From: Schmidtea nova
Lineage: Eukaryota
DNA length: 64,000 nt
Assembly: GCA_044892505.1 (NCBI GenBank)
Contig: CM097882.1
Span: 324,198,001-324,262,000 of the forward strand
Reading direction: 5' to 3'
Shown here: positions 36,739-47,500 of the stretch, in pieces
How the letters are laid out: the number at the start of each line of letters is the position of its first letter
How positions within the stretch are numbered: position 1 is the first letter of the stretch
Notes under the pieces: model-generated
The model's input: only the letters and a program-made list of their open reading frames with translations
Databases searched by the model: none
Told to the model about the DNA's origin: nothing
Made by a program: the position numbers and the translations under genes

Positions 36739-38649
36739 ATATTTGATAAGATGTTTAAATTGTAAAATAAAACATTTTATAAAAAAATTGTTTAAATAAG
36801 AAGAATAAACGATTGACAGAAAAATTGAATATTAATATAATTTGATTATCGTATTATTTTAGTTTTTAATATGTCAGAAACCCACAACACTAGGTATAAG
36901 GGATTGAAAATTTTAAATCGAGCTTTTAATAAAAGGTAAAAATACAGAAATCGAAATTTTGCAATCAATAATTATTTAGACAAAAAAATAATTACAATCA
37001 AAATATGTGTGAATAAAGGATTATTGATTCCCGAATTGAGATTTGATAGGCATATCCATGGAAAGACTCGCGATCGTATATGTGAGAAGTCTTTAACTTA
37101 TTGTAATAATGAATGAAATAATTGATTTTTGTGTATAATGATAATTTTTGTAATTATTGTACATTCACCATTCTTGATATGTCTTAAAAACATTTGAACA
37201 TTTTAGCAATGAATCCAGTGCAACAGTTAGAGGATATTCACAAGATATTGATCGAGAATGCAACAAACAGGTGGATGTTCGCAAACAGTGAGCGCCGAAA
37301 AACTTCGAAACTATGATTGACCATATGAGGAAGTTGGAAGATTTAAGAAATTTTTAATGAAAAATTTTAAAAATTAATTTTAAGATTGATTTTTAAAATA
37401 GAAAAATATTTTTAATTAGAAAAATATTTTTTGAAAATTTGTTTAAATAACAAATTATTAAGAAAACATTATTTTGATAATTATATTTTTCTGAAATAAA
37501 AGTAATGGATTCAAGTTGTTGTAAAACTGATTTTAATGTTTTAAAGGATGAAAATCCTAATATGGTGGCAGCGATAAACAATGAAGCAATCGCCGAAAGA
37601 TTGCTACCAAAGGTGATGACCTGGAAAAGTTTATTAAAAGATGCGAAATTTATTTCGATGCCAAGGGAATCACGCAGAAGAGAGATCAGGAAAGATTAAC
37701 ATCTTGCATGATTGATAAGGATCTCTTGGAAGTATATGCCAAAACACTGAAAAAGCAGACGGATTCCAGGCTAGGTTGCGATTGGCATTCGATCGCGAAA
37801 GAGATGTATAAAAGGATCTGCAAAGCTTGTTGAATTACAAGCGGAAGGGTGAAGAAATAGAAACATATTTTAAAAAGGTGGGTTACCTTGTTGATAGGTT
37901 GTTTGTTTTTGTTTTCTTGCCTGCTTTTTTTTGTCTGATTACTCTTTCTCATTTCTCATTTCTTTTTATTTCCGTTTTCTTTTCTGAGTTGCCATTAGTC
38001 TTATCATTCGTTATGACGATTTTCCTCCAGGTAATTTTATTTATTTATTAGTAAATTGTTATTTAGGTATCCTCAACAGTTTTGTAATATTAAAATTAAT
38101 TAGATAAATAATAATTATTGAAATTAACCTTTCAACAAAATTGGCAGTCTTATTTTTCATATGATCGAATTTAAATCATGTGATATAGTTGAAGATCCGT
38201 ACCTGGTTCCGTATCTGCCGACAGTATCAACCTTTTGTTCAGCTGGCCTTTAAAATTATAATTTAATAAAATAATTCTTACTTCTTACTTTATCTTTTAT
38301 ATATTATTCGAATTAAGTTTAGTTTTTAAAATTTATATTAGCAGATTTAAACAATAAATTTATTATTTCCTAATTTGGTGATAAAATTAGAGTTTGTAAA
38401 ATAAAAATAAATGTTTTTTTCCTTAAATTTTAAATGCAGATTAATATTTTTAAAAATGTTTTATCTATTAATTATCATAAATTGCAATATTAGCAATGTT
38501 TATATGCAAGTGTTTTTGATGCTCGGTATGATTCCTTTGATGCAATGATGAACTTATAGTGATGTGGACTATTTATATTGAATTTCCGATTAAAATCTTG
38601 TTGAATGTTTATAGATAAATTGTTTAAGAAAGGAAAAAATAAGCATTAC

Positions 38650-38850
38650 ACCTTCTATCGGTAGCCCTTGGACCCAGGAGATATTCAGTCAATCATAGTT
38701 TCGAATTTTTGACGATTACCCACCCATTTGTTGCATTACCAACGATACATTGTAACGGGCAACAAGATGGTCAATATAATGTTTTATGTGCTGAGATTTT
38801 GATGTGAGCCATAGCAACGTCAATCTCATATTGACGGTCAACAACCTACC
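38650..38850. repeat. Diverged dispersed repeat, copy flanking the 39-42 kb cassette on the left
   Basis: CCTTCTAT..TAGCCCTTG.ACCC...GTTGCATTACCAAC...TAATGTTTTATGTG.TGAG...CATATTGACGGT shared with 42490-42710. Confidence 0.75.
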
Positions 38851-39845
38851 ATTTTGATCATATACCTATCATGATGTTACAAATTCCTTTTTTATTTTGT
38901 TGTGTAGAAAACTGAGATTTGTTATAATAAAGAGATAATACAGCACGTAGAGAGCGCAAAAGAAGTAAATTAAAAACCCTATGAGCTAACACAACAAATA
39001 AAACATAGTAATCACAAAACACAAAAATAAATAAATAAAACACGTTTAGAAAATTTAAATGAACAAAAACGCATTAAGTATACGTAGATAAAACACAAAT
39101 ATAACATAAAAACAGCAATTAAAAAATAAAATTACAAGAAAAAATTAACATACTTTTAGAAAGAAAATTTCGATTTTTACCCTTAAAACCCATAAAATAT
39201 GAGAGAAATTTGTTTTAGATAAAGAATTAATAAATTAAACTAAATTAAAAAAAACTTTAATTTAAAAGTAAAATTTTAGATTAAAAATAAATTATTTAAA
39301 GTTTGATTAAAATTTTATACAAAAGTAATAATTTGATTTTGCGGAAAATTATTAAATTTTATTTTGGAAAAATCAAAAAATTCCTTCTAGAACAATTTGT
39401 TTTAATACATCAACCAAAACAATAGACAAAACCTCGTATATACTCCGCCATCAAATTACAAAAAATCAGAATTTGCATTTAAACAACTCTGAATAACATT
39501 TCACTAAGCAGACCGATGTGAGATTTTATCATCAGAAACTATTATAGAGACAATTAGCACTCATCCGAAAAACAGAACCATCGTTTGCTATTGACAGAAT
39601 CGCCAGCAAACACTAGGGAAGCTCGCAGTTCGAATCCACTACACAATCAATGATATGATTCCTAGACTCAAAACGTTAAACTGAACAGTGTTTAACTCCG
39701 AACAGTGTACCGGAACCCAGAAGATTACAGAACTTAACTGTTATCGAGAAATGTAAAAAATTTCTCCATGTTCAGTATGGGACTTTCAGAGTCATGCCCT
39801 TTGATAGTCTCATACCATGTATTTTTATTAGTTTTTTACGTTTTC

Positions 39846-40415
39846 TCATATTTGCTGGTTCGTTGGAATGGTCTTTTGCCTCTCAGATAAACCACTGAGC
39901 AGGTCTACTTCTATTCCAAGCTTTACCGCATAAGCCCTTCTCTCTCGACGTCGCTTGGCTCCTAGACGGTTTCTCCTCTTTGTTCTCGTTGGCACAACCT
40001 TGGTCGGCTGCGTTATCGATATTTCTCTTTCCTGGGTTGTAATAACGGCCTCTTCCGTCTGTGTTTCCATGTTCTTGCGGATTGGAGTCACCCATTGATC
40101 GAACGTGCTCACTTGAATCAGCGGCTTCAGCTGTTGTTCAAGGAAATCTTTCATGGTGGCTTTTAGACAATTGTTTAACTCCAGTCGCACTGCGGTGTTT
40201 TCCCGAGCTTGCTCTTCCAACGCTCTCTCTGCACGGTCGCGTCGCTTATAGATCTCTTTCACCTTCTCAGTGCAAAACCAAGTTCTCTTCAGGTTTTCTA
40301 TTTCGGATGTCTGTCGAGCTACTAGTCGTTCTAACATACATACGCGTCTCTGTACTAGTCGGTGTTTGTTCATATCTACGGTTTTCAGTAGTTGCTCCAT
40401 CGTTTTCTCTCTCAC
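39846..40415 (-). CDS. ORF-Y, most intact copy (189 aa; helical N-terminus, Arg-rich C-terminus)
   Basis: Uninterrupted ORF with homologues at 11.4, 13.3, 16.6, 26.8 and possibly 59.5 kb. Confidence 0.7.
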   Translation of the reverse strand: MREKTMEQLLKTVDMNKHRLVQRRVCMLERLVARQTSEIENLKRTWFCTEKVKEIYKRRDRAERALEEQARENTAVRLELNNCLKATMKDFLEQQLKPLIQVSTFDQWVTPIRKNMETQTEEAVITTQEREISITQPTKVVPTRTKRRNRLGAKRRRERRAYAVKLGIEVDLLSGLSERQKTIPTNQQI

Positions 40416-40506
40416 TTCTCCTTAGCAATCACATTCCATCATATCAAACAAAATCAGTCAGACAAGACAATTTATACATTTATTAGTGAAGATTATGACA
40501 CTATCA

Positions 40507-40881
40507 CTAAGTTCCTTTACAATTATCCCAATCAACCCAATCCTGATCACACGGACTATTCACCTTCCTGACTCCATTTGGCCAAAAATGATCAGCATTC
40601 GGATTCCAACATAAGTGATTTTCATAGATAAACACTCCCCACATCCGAACGTCTAGTGTCCATGTGGCCTGGTCCTTACAAATATTCCAGGGTGAGTTCA
40701 AGAATGCCCGTCTTTCACCTGTGATCACGTCTCGGGGTTGGTCAAGTAATACAAATCCCAATCCATAGAAGATGTGTCTGGGGTTTGTCATAAACGATAA
40801 TATCCAGTGAGGAGTACCATACTGATCATTGAGCTGAAGGAACCATTTCCGATAGAGTCCATGAGTTATCTTCTTCCCACC
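40507..40881 (-). CDS. ORF-X C-terminal half (open frame, first ATG 40791)
   Basis: RKWFLQLNDQYGTPHWILSFMTNPRHIFYGLGFVLLDQP... Confidence 0.65.
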   Translation of the reverse strand, partial: GGKKITHGLYRKWFLQLNDQYGTPHWILSFMTNPRHIFYGLGFVLLDQPRDVITGERRAFLNSPWNICKDQATWTLDVRMWGVFIYENHLCWNPNADHFWPNGVRKVNSPCDQDWVDWDNCKGT

Positions 40882-41074
40882 TTATCGTGACTGAATAAGG
40901 AGCTGGGCTTTCCTTTATCTCGGGGTCCGCGTATTCCCGTTTCAAATGTCTCAAGCATCTCTCCGGCCTAGTCCGGATGATATTTGGCACTTGTGTAGGC
41001 CCTCTCGGTTCCTTCTTTAATGTTATAACCCGTCTACGGTTACGGTTTTTGTATGCATATAGTTTCTTTGACAT
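40826..41074 (-). CDS. ORF-X N-terminal half
   Basis: NRNRRRVITLKKEP...IKESP versus NAQRRRVFGPLKKLP...RNESP at 14.4 kb; overlaps the C-terminal half, which is in the +1 frame. Confidence 0.6.
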   Translation of the reverse strand: MSKKLYAYKNRNRRRVITLKKEPRGPTQVPNIIRTRPERCLRHLKREYADPEIKESPAPYSVTIRWEEDNSWTLSEMVPSAQ

Positions 41075-42489
41075 TATAACTACAACGAAGGAGTGTATTA
41101 ATTAGTCTCATCATGCTCATTTTCATCATTCTACATCACACTCACACCTTGAGCACTCGTACATCATACTGCTTTTGCTTATATCATCACACTCTAGACA
41201 ACACTCTATGGTTGCATTCATTACATTCACAACATATTTCTATCTCATCGCTCGCATTCATTTGCGTGGTTCGTTAGTTCACCAATATCAGTTACATCAC
41301 ACCACCGCACAATTAGGTCTCATTACGACATTTCAATAAATATTTTTAAGTTGCGGATCTTATGGTATTAATTAAGTTCATTGTCATATTTCAGTATGTA
41401 ATTGCAAGCTGTAGGTATCAGGTTAGTGAAGTATCATTTTCAACACTGGATCATCATTCCTTCCTCGGGAAGTACAGAATTATTCTACCTGAATCAGAGT
41501 ATGATTAATCACACATCCGTCATTTCAAACATCCTGTCGCATCAATCACCTTGTCGGAAACTCTGGAGCTCCGGCATCATCCTATCTCAATCGGAATAAT
41601 TTGGTATAGTTTAGTAATGTGGTTTCAAATGGGATTCTGCATTTTACGACTTTTAATTCCATCATTTCTGCAATTGTACAAAAATTCTCATATGTCTTTG
41701 ATAGTTCATCATGTTGTTTTGATGGTGGGAGGCGAACGATCGCTCCACGACATGTTACTCAATTTTTATTCTCAAATTTTTATTCTCTAACGATGTTCCA
41801 TGCACAACCTCTCCTCCCGAGTTATTAGTGCTTCTACGCCATGTCAGTCAACCCTTATAAGGTGCTGCGCTTAGAGGCCCATAACGCCCGGCGGATCCGA
41901 CGACCTTCGGGATACCTTACTCATTTTGATAGAAAAGCATGAGGGTTTAAAATCAGAAATAATACAAGTTGTCAAAGATTTACCTTTATTTCCACAAATG
42001 GTTCGGTTACAATGATTTTCCACAACAAGTTGATTCACACTTGGTATAAAATGACAATGCACTGGTAAAGAATGACTTTTACTGGTAAAAATTTACAACT
42101 ACTATTCTGAGGCGTACGAGCATGACGCAAAAGGAGACAAGAAAACCGCTTACTGCGGGAAATTTGTAAGACGTACATCGAATCGATAGACCTTACTGTG
42201 CTATGAATTAAAAACAAGATATGTAATAAAAATTGTAAATAATCTTAGCTGTTTTATATAATATTCGTTTTATAATTTTGTTTGTGCTAAAAGATTTTGC
42301 AAATTATAATTTCCTCACATACAAATTTATTTTCTTTATTATCGATTATTATAATTGAAGTAGTTAATAGTAATTATATGAATATTATATTAAAATCAAC
42401 AGCATAACACTAACAATAATTTTTACGTAAGTATAATTGAAGTAAATAGTGTAGCAATTCATATTAAGGACTCAAAATGGGCATAAACC

Positions 42490-42710
42490 TTCTATTGATA
42501 GCCCTTGAACCCACCGTTATGTTCTGTCAATCATAATTTCGATTTGTCGACGTTCACTGTTTGCGGACATACACCCACTTGTTGCATTACCAACATTACA
42601 TGGTTACGGGCAACACAATGGTTTTGATTAATGTTTTATGTGATGAGTTGTAGATGGGAGCCACAGCAGCGTCAAGGTCATATTGACGGTGAACAAACCA
42701 CCAATTTTAA
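42490..42710. repeat. Diverged dispersed repeat, copy flanking the 39-42 kb cassette on the right
   Basis: Homologous to 38650-38850 (same orientation) and to 37250-37330 (inverted). Confidence 0.75.
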
Positions 42711-42915
42711 GATTGTGAAATGAAAATATTATCCTCCGTAGTTTCGATAAACAACTTTATTTTGAAAATTCAAAGTTATTGAATTGAAATAATGATTAAA
42801 TTACTTAGTGAAGTTTGGAAGAAAATATTTAAAAATTTGTAATTTTATTAAATTCAATAAATTTAAAATCAAGCAAACTTTGTTTGAATATAATTAACAA
42901 AGATTTCAATTCATA

Positions 42916-44525
42916 ATGAATAATCAAATTGCTGGATTTTTTACAAGTATGTATAATAATATATTTGCCTTCTTGTTTACGATAAATAGATGATATTTAT
43001 TCTGATCGCCATAATTATGGATTCATTAAATTACCGAATCCACGAACCGGTTAACAAATTATAACTAGTTTTCTTTTAATTATAAAAATAGGAACTGATT
43101 CTGTTTATCTCTGGAATAATGTGAAAAAAGTTCTAAATGAAATTCAAAATTTTAATCGTGACAATAAAACATGGATAATTAACGAAAACGTTATCAAAGG
43201 TATAATTTACAGTTAAAATAATTATTAATTATTTGACTTTAGATTCAAAATTTTATATTTCAAACGTTATTGATCCATTATTTCTAGCAATTCCATTTCT
43301 ACAAAAACACGTTAGTTTATTATTATATATTCAAAATTTAATTAATTTGATTTTCAATTGTAATATAATTTAGTATTTTTATGATAACATTAATTAAATA
43401 TTAATACGAATACAAATCACTTGATTTAATGATATCAATTATATTTTACATTTCGGTTTCTCAAACTTTGATATTTCACTGAGCATTGAATATCTTTTCC
43501 AAGCTTTGATGTCACATTCAAAGGGAGTTTGGTTTTTCTTTACTAGATTACCAGGAAAAGGTTAAAAATCGTCAATAACAGCGAGGTATCATTTTTGGAT
43601 GACTTCTTACCACATTTAATATTCCAATAAAAGCAACAACGTCCGATTTCGCTCTCCCTCTTCTACACATTTGAAAAACCTCCCTTCTTTAAAGACGTTT
43701 TTTACGGATGACTAATAATGTAAAATTAATTAATTAATAGGGGTTTGCAAATAATATTTAAACACAAACCGGCAGATAATATCTTATTTCCCGAGACCCT
43801 TCTGATCCCACCAAATAATGCAATACAAGTTGGGTCAAATAACGATATAAAAAAAGAGAAATTTTCAAATTTAAGAAACACCAGAATAGTCTAATGAGAA
43901 CATATAAAGTCACTTCTCAAATACTAACAAAAGCTGAAGCGAAAAAATGTGGAATAATGTCTGGTTATTCTGAGGAATTGTGAACATTTATGTAACATTA
44001 ATCGGCACAATAACGTAACGAACATGTTAAAAGATGTTTTCAATATTTTCTGCTGGCATTGTAACCTAAAACTCATCTATACTTAGATATCGTGTCAGTT
44101 CTATATATTATAAATGCGGATGCAAATATTGTTGGCTTCTGAATATATCTGAGCAGGCCTTTCTCCCATCAGGTGGGGGGGGGAACTCAGTAAGATTCCA
44201 CTTGTCAATGCTAATATTTACAAATTTTGTTGTCATCGAGTTAATAATTTCTAAATTTAATTTAAACGAATTTCCCAGCCGTTAATTTGAATATTGTCGT
44301 TTGAATATTAATTGGGGGAAATGTTTTCGTTTGGAAAGAAAGAATTGATGTGAAATTCTTGAATAGCGCGCACCGTTTTGCAAGGGGTAACTAACACCAA
44401 TTGTTTGGACGTAATTCGATCTCGAGTTAAACGTAGAACACTCAGTGCCACCGCATTGAAAAAGAAAACTATATAGCGTTACCTACAGGATGACATTATG
44501 GAAATTATATATTATGTTATTATAT

Positions 44526-44598
<73 letters not shown>

Positions 44599-47500
44599 GG
44601 ATAAATATCCTTGTTTAATAATATTAACATCAATGATTTACTTGATTATCCAATTCGTAACAATGTTTATATTTCAATGGGGAGTTTTGTTCGAACAACC
44701 CGTTCAATTTTAGGTCGCTTTAATGGAATGAATGTTGGGCATATACCGCACATCGGTTTCCCGTTATCCGGTAGATTTAATACCCATAACAATTGTCGTA
44801 GCGAAATTGAACCAACGCCTTTAACATCGAGACTAAATAAATTCCAAATATTTATTTATTTCAAAGATTTTCATTAATTCAACATTTCTCATTATTAAAG
44901 AATTTTAAAAAGTAAGAAAATTAAACTTATCGCAAATATAAAGAAACAGAACTGGTAAATGATAACAACCCGTTTGGTGAATTGTTCTATAATGAAGAAT
45001 CAAAGAACCGATAACGTAAGGTGACTTCAAATTCAGAATTATCGCACGTGCTCAAATAATACCTAGTAAATAGTTATGTAAAAGATAAGGGAACTTAAAA
45101 TAATAGCATAAATAGCTATTTTTAAACAACATACCGTCAATCCAGTCCAATTAATTCAACTACAAAGAATTTTAAAAATGTGTAACTTTGTATCAGCGGT
45201 TTCCAAACTGTGGGTCGTGTAATAACCTCAAGGGTAGTGAAAATTTAAATTTATGTTTTAATGTCTAGACATGAATCTCTTCAAAAAAATACTTAAAATA
45301 ATCTCTTTAGAATTTAAATGTTTAAATAGCAGAATATTAAAAATTAGGTACTTTTCGGTTATCTCGACCTCATCAAAAAATGAAAAATTTCAATTTTAAA
45401 AATCTTCTTAAACCANNNNNNNNNNNNNNNNNNNNNNNNNNNNNNNNNNNNNNNNNNNNNNNNNNNNNNNNNNNNNNNNNNNNNNNNNNNNNNNNNNNNN
45501 NNNNNNNNNNNNNNNNNNNNNNNNNNNNNNNNNNNNNNNNNNNNNNNNNNNNNNNNNNNNNNNNNNNNNNNNNNNNNNNNNNNNNNNNNNNNNNNNNNNN
45601 NNNNNNNNNNNNNNNNNNNNNNNNNNNNNNNNNNNNNNNNNNNNNNNNNNNNNNNNNNACCTTTGATCTTTTTTTATTATTATTATCAATAATTCTCATA
45701 ATGACTATAGATCAAAAATTTTTTTTATAAACAATAACACAATATTTCGGCACAGCCTTTATCAAGTGTGTATTTCTATCGTTATATTTACTTAATCCTA
45801 AATAGTAGCCTTAATTATTTTTTTAATATTTTATAATGATTTTATTGGATGAAAAAATTTATTTTAATTTTTTTGTGCGAATTGAATGTTGGACGGTTTG
45901 TATTTTTTTATGAAAAAAGTCTCGGAAGCTAATCTTTGTAATGAATTTTTGAATCCCTCTTTTAGAATCTGGCATTTTGTTTCTTCTATAGATGGAGTTG
46001 TTTTATGTACTTTCTCCCAGTGTTCGTAATAATTACTGGTTTTGATTTTAGTGTGTTCATTAAGTCGGGTGCGAAAAGTTCTATGTGTTTCTCCTATGTA
46101 AGTAGCGTCACATTTTTGGCAAGAAAGTTTATATACTATATTTTTGGAAAAGCAAAAGCATCGGCTTGTGGAACGGCAAAGACATTTATGTTTGGAGATG
46201 TTGGAAATTGGTGGCTTTCGGAGTTGTGATTTTAACGGTGCGGAGGTTATGAACGTTGGACGGATGTGGATAGGCAAATCTGTTTGATTAAAAATGTTGG
46301 TGATTTTGTTGGCTGTAGTGTCATTAAGGAAAGGTAATCTTAGATATGTTGTGTGTTTGTTATTGTTATTGTGTTTCTGGCGTTTCCTATTGTTGCGTTT
46401 ATTGTGGTATGGTTCGTTAAGGAAATATTTCTTTACAAATTCTTCAGGGTATCCAAGAAAACATCCTCGCTCTAGGACCATCTTTTGTTCCTCCACCTAA
46501 CCAGAAAGATTTAGAAAAAGCCGAAGTCATCACTAACGCCTCTTATAAGCCTAAGAAGACAAATAGGATACCATCTAAAACCAATTTCAACCACCAAATC
46601 TTCAAGTTTAGCTGAAAAGCACAATCATCTTCTGGATCCAAATCGTAGAACATATCCAAATATGCCTGTCTTTTCGACTGAACTTGAAGAAAAAATCAGC
46701 TGTTTAGAAACTAAAGTCAAAACTTTAGTCAAAGAACAAATTATCTTTCTTGAAAAACATTGCTCAACACAAAATTCTTTCACTTCAAACATAAAGAAAA
46801 TTAAGAATTTCCAAAGACTTCACAATTCTTCCATCAGATAAAACAAATCGACTAATTGCTCTTGACACAGAACAATAAAATACTCTATTTGAAGAACATC
46901 TCTCGAACTATGAACCGATAAACAAAATAATCTTACCTGCATCAACTCAAATTTTATACAATAAGAAACTGTCAACACTTGCAAATAAACAAATTAACCT
47001 TCAAATCAAAGATTTACTTTTAAAATGCAACTGCAGTGAGCCTTTACCTAGTAATATGACTATGTTACCTAAAGACCACAAAAGTCCTTTAAAAGGTAGA
47101 CCTCTTGTATCTGCAATTGACACTCCTTCCACAACACTTTCTAAAGTTCTTTCAGAAATCCTAAAAACACTTTTGCCTTTGGTTCCTTCTCATCTTAAAA
47201 ACACAACTGAATTCGTCTCCGAAATTACAAATACGTCTCTTCCGTTAAACGCAGGACAACAGTACTTCTCGGGATCTCTTGATGTTTCCAATCTTTACGG
47301 ATCTATTCCTCTTCACGGAGAGAATAATATTTTCGACATCGCAGCTTCTTTCTTTGCAACTCATAAAGCCAATACTGACCTCGCAGACTTAACTAAACAA
47401 GACTTTATAGAACTTCTAAAATTAGCAATAAATTCAGATACTGTCATAATTAAAGAAAAACCATTCAAACAAATTCATGGATTAGCCATGGGTAATAACC

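Larger units (their letters stand above)
33042..36889 (+). mobile_element. Ty3/Gypsy LTR retrotransposon of the CsRn1 lineage, defective, 3848 bp
   Basis: 175 bp TG...CA LTRs (33042-33216, 36715-36889; 3 differences seen); 5 bp TSD CTAGG (33037-33041, 36890-36894); PBS TGGCGACCAC at 33218; PPT GGGTGGAGAGAA. Confidence 0.95.
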
